Origin: Raillietiella orientalis
Lineage: Eukaryota
Direction of reading: 5' to 3'
Assembly (NCBI GenBank): GCA_036172245.1
Contig: JAYWIR010000062.1
Location: forward strand, 372,001-436,000
Length of the DNA stretch: 64,000 nucleotides
Shown here: positions 24,401 to 36,746 of the stretch, in pieces
How the letters are laid out: every line of letters starts with the position of its first letter
Position numbering within the stretch: the first letter of the stretch is position 1
The notes under the pieces: generated by a model
Told to the model about the DNA's origin: nothing
The model's input: the letters and a program-made list of their open reading frames with translations, nothing else
The model's database searches: none
Position numbers and translations under genes: made by a program

Positions 24401-27400
24401 AGCTTTCAGGAACCTCGTAAAGAAGGAAAAAACTGGGCAGGTGGACAAAAGCTGTCTAGAAAGAAACACTGGGGAATCGGGCGGCCTGTCCCCTTCTTAA
24501 GCCCCATCGCGGTCTCAGCGGGACTCTTTCTTCCCGATGATGATCTGGATGTGCGCGGCACGGGCCAGGGGAACCTCCACCCAACAGCTCGGTGCAGCTG
24601 CTTGAAGACCGCTGCGCAAGTGAGAAGGAGGAAGAGGCAAGAGAAGTAAGGAAGCTCTCAATACCCTTGCCGGAAGAGGAGGAAGGGACTTAATTTGCAC
24701 CTTATCAAGAGGCACGGACTGATGTAAACTGATGTCCAAACTGCCTCCTCCGCAGCCCAGAAGAAGCAGTCCGTTTCTAACAAACCTTCGGTCTTCAGAG
24801 ACTCAATGTTGACGAAAAATAACCGATGGCTTCCCCAAAGGAGGGGAATTCCCTGTGCCCCTTGCTCCTGCCGTTCTTCCTTGCATGCAGATAACTGCCT
24901 CAAGCAAGGATTATGATCAGAAGGAAGGATTATTATCAGAAGGCGAGCAAGCACACCGGTTAAGAGAAGTCGGGTAAAGTCGGCCTACTTTTTTTTAACC
25001 CCTACTGCAGTCGATAGCCAGTCACAGAGAGGGTTGTTTGTAAGAAAGGAAATCCGAATGCTGAACGCGGAAGGACAAGAAGAAGAAGAGGGGAGAAAGA
25101 AGCTACAACGACGGAAGTTGCAATTTTTACGATAAAGCTGGGTCAAGGAGGAGAAAGGGGGGCGTAAGGAGGCTCCAAAAGACGTGAGGATGATCCGCAT
25201 GTCTTTATGCGAGCTCCCCTGATCGATTGTTCTAGAAACTATCCTGCAGGAGGACTCCAAGCTCCACGAGAGCGAACTTCAAATTCGAAAGAAACTGGCT
25301 CCTTCGAAAGAGAACGGATCGCCTTTCTGGAGGTCCCGATACCTTCGCGGCTCCAGTCTCCTTTGCGAGGTACGGGAGATAGACATTCACACTTTCCGAC
25401 GAATGCAGGTGCTTTCCTCAGTGACCACCAGGATGTCGTCTTACTTTCCATTCTTACATCTGGGACGAAACTTTTCTAGTTCGTGCCTCACTCCTTAGAT
25501 GTCTCTGCAGTTGCGACTGTTTTTCATCTCGCATGATTATCGACGAACCGACATACCACGGATGCGTGTGGACCGTTTTCCCTCCGGGAGCCATGAGGAA
25601 GCGAGCTAACATCCTCGGCAGTCCACGTCCGTATGCACTGTCCCGCTGCAACAAGTCCGTGTTTCAGTTCCCACGAACGATCGCTTCCTTCGACATCAGT
25701 GGAAGCAAACAAAAATCCATAACGCCATAGGAGGAGCAAAATGCCCCCTCCCCGAAAAGGGAAAACGGGAAGAAAAAATGCGAATAGCTCTTCAATAACT
25801 GTTACGCTTGTGCTCAGATGAACGCCATTACAAGTTACCATCGTGAAACGACTCCTCTGAAGAGAGGATACAGAGTGTGATTGACACGCCCACGAGGTCC
25901 ATGAAGCGCAACTGAAAGAAATGCCGACGTCACAGCCGAAGCCAGTCAAAAGCCGGAACAGCAAGCATTCCCAGCTCACGAGAGTCAGGAAAAATAGACT
26001 GGCAGAGAGTACTCCCATAATGTAAGCGCCACCTTTTGCGGTCGGAAAATGCGACGGTGCTCACGCGCGTCTCGGAGGGAACGTTGGTCGCAACTCTCGT
26101 CTCGAAACGTCGTGGTCTCGGTGACGTTTCGGCTTCTCATTTTGCCTTCGCGATTCACCTGGTCATATCTCAGAGACGCGCCACCGAACTCGAATACACC
26201 CTCCTCACCCATGCCTTCATTTGTTTACCGATTTTTTTCTGTTACATTTGCCATGTTCACTGTTCCGGCCCATAAAAAGAAAATACTCATGAATAAAAAG
26301 GGCGTTTCTCGGGGATTTTCGTCCTTATTTCTTTGCTTTTCGATTCTTTTCTTTTTGATTCATTACGCTTTAATACAACCGGGGTACGATGTCGATTGCT
26401 GTAATCTCGGATCTGCGTGAACATGCACGTCATCACCGACAGCAGGGAAACTGCGCAGCCGAAGGGGAGCTGTGGCGCTGCAGCCACTCGCATCTATCGA
26501 GACAGCTTTCGTACTTCGGAGGTAGAAGGGAAACGCAATGTTTACCCTCTACGGGTGTATGTCGCGCGAACCGTGAGTCAAGCCCGACAGAAGACGGCAG
26601 GAGACGAGGTCGGTGATCTCTGCCATGCCGCAAACGAAAAGGCAGCTCTGCGATGAAATTTCCTTTTTCGTCCTTACAAGGACTTCAGGATGGAAGGGAG
26701 ACTGTGGATGCTCCTGAGTTGCGGGTAGCCCTCGGTGGGAACGTGAAAACAAACAGCAAGCTCGCACTGCGTACATCGGTGTGCGGGGAACTCTCGTTCG
26801 TTGCCTGGCGCATTTCTCGCTCCCCAGTGCTACCGATTGTGCAGCGTTGCCAAGCAACGCAGCTGAGTTCAAGGAATCCCTTCAAGGAATCTCCTTTCAA
26901 GGAATCTGCCGAAGGAAACACACACAAGCACTGCCACTTTCGACCTACAAAGATAGAGGCGACTGTAAACGGCAGAGAAAGCACGTCTTCGATGAGGACG
27001 TTAACGATGCACAACGATCGGCTCAGATGATATGGAGGACAATTTGCAGGCTCTCCAGTTTATCATCTGATTGTTATCACCGTTCCATGAAATCGAGAGG
27101 AATGAAATTAAAGGGAATTCATGGGACGGGAAACTTATTTGTTGCTATGACGAAGTCATATCGACGAAGATTATCCATAACGACCGCCGTTAAACACATG
27201 CTCTTGCGAACCGAAAGGGGAAAGTGCCACACTCCTTACGCCAGTTTCAACCGTGTCTCGAATTCGCTATCGTGTGCTGATTACGTCCTTGTGCTCACTT
27301 CATGTGGATAAGAGATGAGGAGGACGTGTGTGAGGCAATGCACACTCTGGTTATATCTGGGTTCCACCGGGAGAGATACGAACCCGGGCGCGAATGCCTG

Positions 27401-30400
27401 CAAAGTGCGCAGGAAAAGTTCACCGCTGAACTTCTGACCTACAAGCTCACCCACTAAGCAGGCCTGCTGGACACCCTTCCCCCAAAGCTACTTTAATTTT
27501 GTCCCTTTCTCTTCCATCTCCCGCAATCCTCGTCGGTTGGTTCCTCCTCGCTCGACGGCAGAGAGGTGCGTATGCATTCAAAAGTACGTGGCATCGCAGT
27601 GGAAACTCTCCAGGATGCGAGAGGCGGGCACGTTTCCGCGGCCTTTCCGATCCTCAGAGGAAACATTCACCTCGGGCACGATCGCACGCACACGCTTCTC
27701 CCTGTCCATCGTCACTCGATGCACTTGCCGCGAGAGACTGTATCATCCGAAAGCAAATGCACCCGAAGTCAACATGCAACACCGGGAATGAAGGGAGGAG
27801 GGAGGAGAGGGCCAATCACTTGCCCCGTCCACTCAACCCATCCCACCCCCTTCCCTCCATGAGAAAGGATGGTGCTTCTTTCGGAACTGCAGTTTTATTG
27901 AAGCGAGGATCGTCTCCTAACAGCGTGGGACTGGAGGAATCTCCCGAGGCAACCGAGCAACGGGACACCTCCTGCATTTTTTCTGGCATTCTTTTCTCAA
28001 GGAGGTGCACGGAAAGATTTACTTGTTCCTGGACCGTGAGCGTAATTCAGGAGGGTATACCCAACACCCTCAACCAGGAACCAAGTGGAAAGCTGATGTG
28101 ATGAGAGTCCAGAAGACAGTGTCAGCGAATGACGCAAAGGGAAGCGATCTCGTTTCTCGGTCGCCGAAACGCTGACGGATTGCCGTGGAAAGTGACTCTT
28201 CCCAATCCTTCACATCGCCCCCTCAATTTGAGCCCGCCAACAGTTCTGATCGATGTTACCACACAGGGATGCCTCTCATCGAAACGAGGATGTTCCTTTT
28301 CTGGACGTTCCTCATCCAGGAAAGGAACATCAGAAAAGAAAAAACACAGATTTTTGCGTTTCGTTTTAATGGTGCTTTTCTACCTCCGTTCTGAAGATCA
28401 TCCCTCAATACCAATAAACACGAATTTTTTTTTATCCCGTCGTCAGTGAGTGTGTGGTGCACTTCAGAATCACTGCACTGTGAACTCTTTTTCCCCCTCC
28501 TGAGCTCTGGATTGCACATTTCCAGCTATCTTTTCGTTTCTATCTTTCCTCTCTTGCCTCCTTTCCGTCATCCGCCTTCCTCGTTACCCGTTTCCCAGTC
28601 AAAAAAAAAAAAGGAAGAAATATATCTTTCCTGTTCCTTTTTAAGAATAACAACAGAAACCATTCTTTGACAGCACCTTTCTGCCTGACAGGAACAAAAT
28701 GTAAATACGCCCACGACCTGTCTCACTTGCTGTTTACATGTTCCTAGCAACCGACCAACTAACCCGAGCCCGCTTCTTTCTTTCCACTTTCTTTCTCAAC
28801 CAAGAGGTTGCTTCTATTAGATTTTCGAGAGATAGCCGCTTGCTCCTCAAGTATTCTAGATATTTTAGCCATTCTACTGCCGCTAATGTGGCAAAGTAGT
28901 CGCTGTGATTGCATGATGCCCTGTTCGCGTGCGAGGGTTAGACGACCTGATCCTTGGCAAAGCTACAACAGGCTTCAGAGGATATTACGAGGGCCACAAT
29001 CAGTTATTTCACAGAGCGGAACTCAAGGAGCTCCCATTGGTCGGATGATGTTTATGCTTGACTTCATGGTGTTCATGAGAAAAAAAAAAGAAAAAAAAAA
29101 CGTTCCATACATTTATCCCTCTGGACATTTACAACTGTGGATTCATGGATGACACAAAAATCGTATTCAGATGCATTTAGAACAGGAGCATTGCGAGTTG
29201 TCTCTTCGAGGAAACCGATTCCAAAAGTCATTTTGAGGAAGACGTTTGTTCGCCTGCTCCATCGCAAACGTGTTTGCCCTGAGGAATTTGAAATCTTCGT
29301 TTGAGAATCTCCTCCTACGGAGAGTACTTGACACCAACATTTCCTTTCTACGATGAAGGTAATTTGAAGATCTGATCTGAAGAGGAAACGTTGATGATGA
29401 TAGCTCGGAAACCTCAGACACGGTAGCAAGCAGTTGCCTTTGATCTCTTCACCAGCTTACCGACTGTGCTGCGAACGAGTCTCGGACGATCGCCAAAGGA
29501 CGAAAAGCACCAGACATTGGGAAACTCGAACAAGAAAACAAACAGACGCACCTTATGCAGGAGGAAACACCGCCTGCATAAGGCGTGTCCGTTTGTTTTC
29601 TTGTCTTTGCATTGTGAATCCCTCATCATGAGCGTTTTGTAGTGTCACACACAGCCTTTGACAGCGAAACCCTGAATATAACGTTCCACCTAGAACGGTA
29701 GCAGCTACTTTCTCTATATTTGCGTACGGAAGATTGGTCGTTATTCCCATGCTTCGTTTCGAAAATTTTCCGGCACTCCTTATTTCTGTCATAAGTCTGG
29801 AGCCTTCGTCTGGAGAGTGTTCCTTGTCTCTTCCGGTAGATTCAAGTTCAAATGCTCTGGGCTGAGAATCCATTTCCACTTATTCGCTGTTCAGGAATCT
29901 TTCGACTGCACTGTTTCTTTCCAGTGTAAAAAGCATTTCCTGCATTCTTTGAATTCTGAAAATCTAACCAGAGCTGATAATCGTTCCAATCACAGCTAGT
30001 GGAGAATGCACGGACTCCTTAATTGCAGGGGTAATTCCGGGAAGAACACGTCAGTCCGATAAAGATATACGTCAGACAGAGAATCCAATCATCCCGATCG
30101 CCGTATAAGCTGACCACAGAGAACAATTTCTAGACAATCATTAGAGGGAAAATCAATTTCAACAGGAAATGCTCGAATTTTGGACATGCACTAGGTGCAT
30201 GAATACGTCACCGGGAGCTGGGCAGAGTCGAAGAACTAATTAATGGATAGAAGCAAATTCTCAAGAGAAACAATGGCTTTTAACTTTGCATATTAAAAGT
30301 AGGACAGTGCACTTTAGAATTCTGGAACCATTTGGTCCGAGGTTTCACGCAACTCCTGGAGGCATCTCTGCCTGAGATTAAGAGCTCCAGAGATCATTTT

Positions 30401-31352
30401 TCATCTTTAAGCATTGTAGAAAGGGATTGCTTTCCCTAAAAAGGATTTTTCACGTTTTCAATGAGCTTCTTTGCCTTGCAGATCAAGATTCAGCCTTACT
30501 GCAAAGGGTCACCAAAAAGATTTACTATCCTAATACTTTATTAGGGTTTCATAACTGCTTTTTGAGGCTTTTTCAGTGATGTCTGTGTTTTTACGAGAGC
30601 TTTACGTTTTTCCATCTTTTAGCAAGCTTCAAGTCTGAGCTCAGCTTGGAAAACTCTCTTTAAAGTTGCCAAATGTCACATCAAAGAAAAAGAACTGGAA
30701 AAAGGAAGTTTTCTAAAAGACCCTTAATAGATTCATTCTCAGTCTTTCACTTACGAATCGAGTTTGATTATTTACCATTTCTGAGGTCAGATTTCAATGG
30801 AATTTGTTGTTCGATCATATCTTTGTTATTGAATGCAATTGAAAATAGAGAGCCATTGAGGTAAAGTGAAATCTCATAAAGTCGCATAAAGTGAGGTTTA
30901 CTTTACTCACAACAAACTCCTAAAATGAACGGACAACATCAACTGGAATTTTAAACTCTGCCAACTTCGTGAGGAACCTTTCTGTAGAGGGTAAATAAAC
31001 ATGGAAAGCAAGTTCGTATGGTACGCGTTAGGTACGTAAAGCATACTGTTTCTGAATCAAACGTGAAAACGAAACACGAATCGAGCACTGAACGATTCCT
31101 GTAATTTTCATCAAGAAAAAAAAAAAAAAAAAAAAAAAAAAGTCAGATCTGGATCCCGCTTTTGAGGAAAATGACATTCCTGTGAGATAGATGTTTCGTT
31201 GTTTCAATGAAATTTCCTTAGACGCAGTGAGTCTCTCTCTTCTTTGGATGAGGGAACTGCTCAAAGAAAAGAAGGTTGAGAGCGTTATGTCGAACTCTTG
31301 CAAGCTTCCTGCTTCGCGCATATTTCGGCGCGTATTTAGAAAACCCATTCCA

Positions 31353-31517
31353 TCTGAAGTAAGGAACGGGAACCAGGCTTGGTCTTCTGAAGCAAGGAAC
31401 GGGAACCAGGCTTGGTCTTCTGAAGTAAGGAACGGGAACCAGGCTTGGTCTTCTGAAGCAGGGAACGGGAACCAGGCTTGGTCTTCTGAAGCAAGGAACG
31501 GGAACCAGGCTTGGCCT
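31353..31517. repeat. Minisatellite, 5 x 33 bp (TCTGAAGYARGGAACGGGAACCAGGCTTGGYCT)
   Basis: Head-to-tail, near-identical units with no spacers. Confidence 0.95.
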
Positions 31518-32734
31518 TCGGTGGCACTTGTGTAAATTTTCCTGTGAATTCTCGTTCGCCCGGTACCGTTCCCTTTGCACATCCCCCGAGTGCACGGAAG
31601 CTGTTGGCTTCTGTTGTTCGGAATTTCAGTTTATTTATCCGTGAGGATTCTTTCCGGATTATTTTTAGCTGTTTTGGATGCGTCTAGCAGGATCATCGCT
31701 TCTAATGAAAACAGAGAAATGACAAACAGCACAGGTTTTGCATGTATCTGCAAGACCTGCTTGAACTAAAGGTTAACAGAAAAGCAAAGCGTCATTCAGT
31801 GTTGCTGCAAGAATTCTCAGCGTCACTGCATGTTGTCTTTCTCAGGAAGATTCAACGGATTCTCTGTGCAACGAACCGGCTGACTTGATGATGATTTTTC
31901 TCAAGCAACCTGAATAAACGTGCTGATAACGCAGTCATCGCTGGGAGGTCATCCCTTGATAATGATAAGATAATCACATTCTACAATTACTTCAAGATGA
32001 TTACTGCGACATACGGCAAACACCGGAAAATCTACTTCTAAGCACGTGTCGAAGCCTGGCAGGCGTGAGGCGAAATCTATGGAGCACTCACGTAATCATT
32101 AAGAGACCGAGCAAGAAGAAGAAGAGTAAAGCCGTTCTGGGTTTCTGCAGAATTTCAAGGATGCGCTGCTTGCAAGGAACTCGAGGACGATTCCGTGCTC
32201 ATCGAGGAGCATCGAATGTCTCGTCGAGCACAGTGTAACAGAATCAACTCGACGGCAAGAGGAGGAGGGGGGAAGGGAAGAATTTCAGATTCTGGATTCC
32301 GAGAAGAGATCACGAAGGTCCTTTGGAACACCCAGCCCATCGCATGCACGGTTTCTCTGAGTGACCGATCCCAGCAACTCTTCGAGGACGACTACGAGTC
32401 TTTCGCTGCACACCGAAACGAAGGGCACTTTTTCGGCGTTCAGCTTCTTCTTCCAAAGGAGGAGGAAAGCAGAAAGCCAACTTCACGGACAAAGCACGAA
32501 AGTTTTCCCAGCGAGGTGCCCGGGGGTGTCGTCTTGCGACTGAGGCTGCCCCTCCATCCTCTACGACGAGGAGGAGCCCATAAGAAAAGCATCACTTTCG
32601 CATCGGCTGTGCCGCTCGTGATGTCGTCGGTACGCAGCGGAGGACGCGCAGCAGCAAAATTCTTAAGCTCAGGCGCTTTCAGTCACATGGAAAGATCTGG
32701 CAGTAAAAGTGCAATGAAACTTCTTTGTGCACTT

Positions 32735-32736
<2 letters not shown>

Positions 32737-32788
<52 letters not shown>
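32737..32788. repeat. (CA)n microsatellite, about 26 units; reads (UG)n in the Cav3 pre-mRNA
   Basis: Direct reading; lies about 58 nt downstream of the exon 12b donor. Confidence 0.95.
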
Positions 32789-32791
<3 letters not shown>

Positions 32792-32846
32792 TTTTTTTTT
32801 TTGTTTTTTTTTTTTGTTTTTTTGAAATGCTAAAAGACTCACAAAC

Positions 32847-32997
32847 CTGGAAAACAGTCACAAAAGACCACAGTATGTTATCGAAGTGGGCACGGCTACA
32901 GATACAATTGCCACCTATCTGTTCTTCACAAGAGCATGACCCGCTACCATCTTTTCGAGAACAAAATTTTCTTCCGAATAAAAGCATTCCCAAGATA
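32847..32997 (-). CDS. Ca-alpha1T: Cav3 mutually exclusive exon 12b (DII S5-P turret, penta-cysteine)
   Basis: (S)ILGMLLFGRKFCSRKDGSGSCSCEEQIGGNCICSRAHFDNILWSFVTVFQ, pattern C...CxC...CxC; 151 nt, phase 2 to 0; ttttcag acceptor, gtttgt donor. Confidence 0.95.
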
Positions 32998-35900
32998 CTG
33001 AAAACCAAAACTGTTTGTTGGTTTACATCTTTCCACAGAAAAGAGAAATACGCTATTCATTCATCATGGAACACATTTATGGGATGAATCTCTATCTGTA
33101 AAGCTTTTATAAACACAGCGCCCGAAACCTTTATTTGGGCGATTGTTCTAAAAACAAGTGCCAATTTTAGTTTTGGAAATCAACGAGGCAGTTTTTCTTC
33201 TTTTTAAAAAAAAGAAAAAAAGGAAGAAAAAAAAAAAAAAAATCGAATACATTAATAATGATCTGCATATGTGGGCACAAAATTCATGCAGCATCTCAGC
33301 AGCTTGAAATTTGTTCTCAAGAAAAAGCACAGTAGGTGAATTAGATTAGAGGGAATCTCGAATTTCATGCAGATGGAAGGATATTAAATGCTTGCTTCGC
33401 TCTTCTGCCTTTCTCTTTTATTCCTCCTCCCCCCCCCCTCCCAATTAATTTGTTTCCAGCTTGAAGGGAGCCGAGGCCCCACGAACGAACGCCTGGCGCG
33501 TAGTTTTTCCTCCTCGGCACGCGCGGCGCTGCGATCGAAGTCAGGAAGATCGGGAGATTCCCTGCATTCCGCTCCGCGGATATTCCAAACTTTTTCCCGG
33601 GAATTCGATTTCGTTTCATTAAATCAGTTCGAGTTTTACGAGTAATGTAGTTTCTTCCATGTTGATTACAAGTAATGCATGCAGGGCGGAAGCAACAACA
33701 CTGCAATCACGGAATCATGATAATTAGAGCAATTTTCGGAGATGCGGGAATCACAATTTCTTCCGATGCCATGGAACCGATTTCGCCAGCAAAGCAAGCA
33801 AAGCTCCAAAGGTTGGAAAAGAAACGGCAAGCAAAGCTGCATTTTTCCTTGCCTCCCCCCCGCTCGTTCTATTCGTGGTGCTCCGCCGAACAACTTTAAA
33901 TATAACGATTTTATCTGCTCTGAACAAGCCTTTCAAACACATTTCTCTCCCCTCCCCCCCCCCCCCCATCCTTTCCCTCTCCGAGCCGTTCTATGAAACA
34001 ATAAAATTCTTCTTGAAAACAGTCCTTATGTCTAAAATGCTATAAAAGGTAATCACATAAGCAAACGTCTAGGAAATCATTTACACGAACAAAATGGCTT
34101 TTTTTTTTTTTTTTGTTGTTGTTGTTGTTTTCTTTTACAATCCACCGCATCACACCGTGCTTTAAGATTGAAGCACTAGCAAGAAATCACGTTTTGAAAT
34201 GTGGCAACACAAAATCGGAGAGAGAAAAAAAAAAGAGGAGAAAAAAAGAGGCCTGACTATACTTGAGGATTTCAAACTCATTGATTTAGCACAATATCCT
34301 GAAATAGAGTAGGATTTGAAAAATGGCTCCAGCGGTCCCATAATTCAACAATGCGTTTCCATGGCACCCGCTTTGATTTACGAACGCAGATCCTCCATCA
34401 ATGACGGAAATGAAAATTTTCCTTGGAATTTCACAAATGCGAAGCTCGGATGTCAGGCCCATTGCTATAAAGGTTCACTCTGCTGCCAAGATTATGGCTG
34501 TTCATTTAATATAGGCAAGTGTTAATCGATTTAGTCGTAACTACCCAGGACCTAAGCAAAGTCTAATCTTAGCACCCAAGTTTCGAACGAGAAGAATTTG
34601 AAAATATGAAAATGCATCCTTCTCAGTCAACTAATAAATCTGAGGCGAGAGAGAGAGAGAGAGAGAGAGGGAAACCCTTCTTAATAAGCTTACACGAGTC
34701 CTCAGCATCCGTTTTTTGCCCCCAGACCTTCCGCAGTAAGATTTTCGCTGTATTTTTTACACCAACTAACAGACGGAAATTTACGATAAAAGTACCGGTT
34801 CGTAACGTGTGTGCGTGTGTGTGTGCGTTTTTCCATCCCCTGCATTTGAACGGGATGTCCTGTACATTAGAACCACGGACAGCCCCGTAGTCCTGCGTTC
34901 ACCGTACGAAAGCGGCCTCCGACGTCGGGCTGCTGGAAAGCAGCAGCCCTGCGCATCTTGCGGCAGGCTTACCAGCTGCACATGAAAGTACAGGCTAATG
35001 ATTCGAGGTCCGCATTTTTGCACGAGCTCGCACAGCCGAATGGGTGCAACCGAGGTGTCGATCGATTTATTACACTTGGGAGGATACAAACTTTGAACAA
35101 ACAGGAACGTTCCCGCAATCCCAGATTTGCATTGCACGCGGAGCAGGAAGAAAATGAAACAACGTCCACGCCGCTGCGATAGTTTAACAGTGCAACCGAG
35201 TGGTCTCTAACTTCGAGTTGAGTATGCGGCATGGGAACCATCTTGCTTTAACTCCTCCTCCTCCTCCTCCTCCTTCTTCTTCTTTTTTTGAGGGGGGAGG
35301 GGGGGTTGTTTCGAGTTACGGTGCACTTTGAACGATTCGGCCTCCTTGCATAACGAGCTCTCGTAGGATTCGTCGCTCGCATTCTTTTTGCGCATTTTGC
35401 GTCTGAGATGTTCTCCAGCATCTTTGATGAATGGATTACGAAGAAAACAAGTAGAAGCCACCCGCTTTCGGATTATAGAATGGCTGCTATATTTTTGGAA
35501 ACGAAGGTTGTTGGCAACATGCTGACACCTTATTAGGCAAGAATGTCTCTAAATGAGGCACGGCCTTCAGTATCATCCCATTTAGAGAGACTTGTGAGCA
35601 AAAGCGAGGGATGGTGATGGGGGCTCCCCTTGGGCGCGGGTCGGGCGGACCTAACGAGGTCGTTCCCGTGTACATGGTGGGACACGCAACCCATCTTTCC
35701 TGCGGTGAACAGATATCTTCAGGCAGCGATTTTTACCTTTCAATCCGTGGAAAAGTGCGAGTTCGTGGCAAAACGTACTTTCTAGGAAGAAGGTAACGTC
35801 CGCCATGTTGCGGTGCACCTTCTTATACCCATCTTTGCTTCCGCTTGCCTCCAGGGGTTTAAGCACGGCTGCTTGGTCCTTCGGGGACGTGCGGAGGCAG

Positions 35901-36628
35901 ACTTGAGCCAAACGCGAGGGGGAAAAAAACCCATTCATACAGAACCGGGAGATTTCTCAAGGATGAAGCGTTACTTTTCGGAGGGGGTGGGCGGGGGAAG
36001 CGAAAAGCAACCGCGGAAAAATTCCTGGTGGGATTCCGTGAACGCTCAAGAAATTCTACAATCTTAAACCAAAAGACGTCTGTGGTCTACGCGTCGAAGT
36101 TTCTCGAACGTCGAGTGACAGCGACGGAATCTGCGTTTCTTGGTGATGCTGAACGATCACATGACCCTGATTTTAAATAGTGCACCGTGAAACAGGATCC
36201 GATTCTCTAAATGCTAAAACACTAGAAAGGCAATGATGGCAATGGGGGGGGGGGGGAACACCCCCCAACGAGATTCCATTGACAATTGGCATCCGACGAC
36301 CCAACGGCGTGCTTCCGGTTTCCAAGTACCGCACAGCAATAGGGAGGTTTTTTTTTTTATCTTGTAGTGATTGTGCACAGCACACGATCCGTCGTGACGT
36401 AACGGAAACGGTGATCTTACGGATCTTTCCACGCTAAGACTTCGGTTCCTTAACCTCGTGAGAGGTACCGGGGGGGAGGGGGGGGGGATTACTTGGCATT
36501 ACGTGACTTTGATTGCTGCGTATTGACGGCGTGGACATTCGCACAAAACGGAGAAGGATTTCGTGTCATTGAATACAGAAATAATATATTTCAGTTCAAT
36601 AATAGAAGAATCAAAAAGTATTGGATAC

Positions 36629-36746
36629 CTGGAAAACTGTAACAACAGCCCATAGGAGACTATCGAAATTCTTACGATCACATTCACTTGAGCCGTCTGA
36701 ATGTTTGACACAAAATTTACATCCAAATAGGGTCATTCCTAAGATA
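36629..36746 (-). CDS. Ca-alpha1T: Cav3 mutually exclusive exon 12a (DII S5-P turret, tri-cysteine)
   Basis: (S)[39 protein letters not shown], pattern CxxC...C; 118 nt, phase 2 to 0; ttgttgtag acceptor, gtatcc donor. Translated by hand; not in the ORF track. Confidence 0.95.

Noticed and set aside
3600..24500. Dozens of long overlapping ORFs (e.g. 6548-7663, 14196-15440, 17363-18697 on +)
   Set aside because: R/G/P/S-rich low-complexity translations expected from GC-rich DNA or antisense shadows of Cav3 exons; no recognisable domain
27365..27475. tRNA gene on the minus strand
   Set aside because: Only degenerate A/B-box-like motifs and no cloverleaf; at most an old SINE head
31353..31517. 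CRISPR array or repeat-protein gene (SEDQAWFPFL repeats)
   Set aside because: Units are contiguous with no unique spacers, there are no cas genes and the context is a eukaryotic intron. The ORFs arise because the unit length is a multiple of 3.
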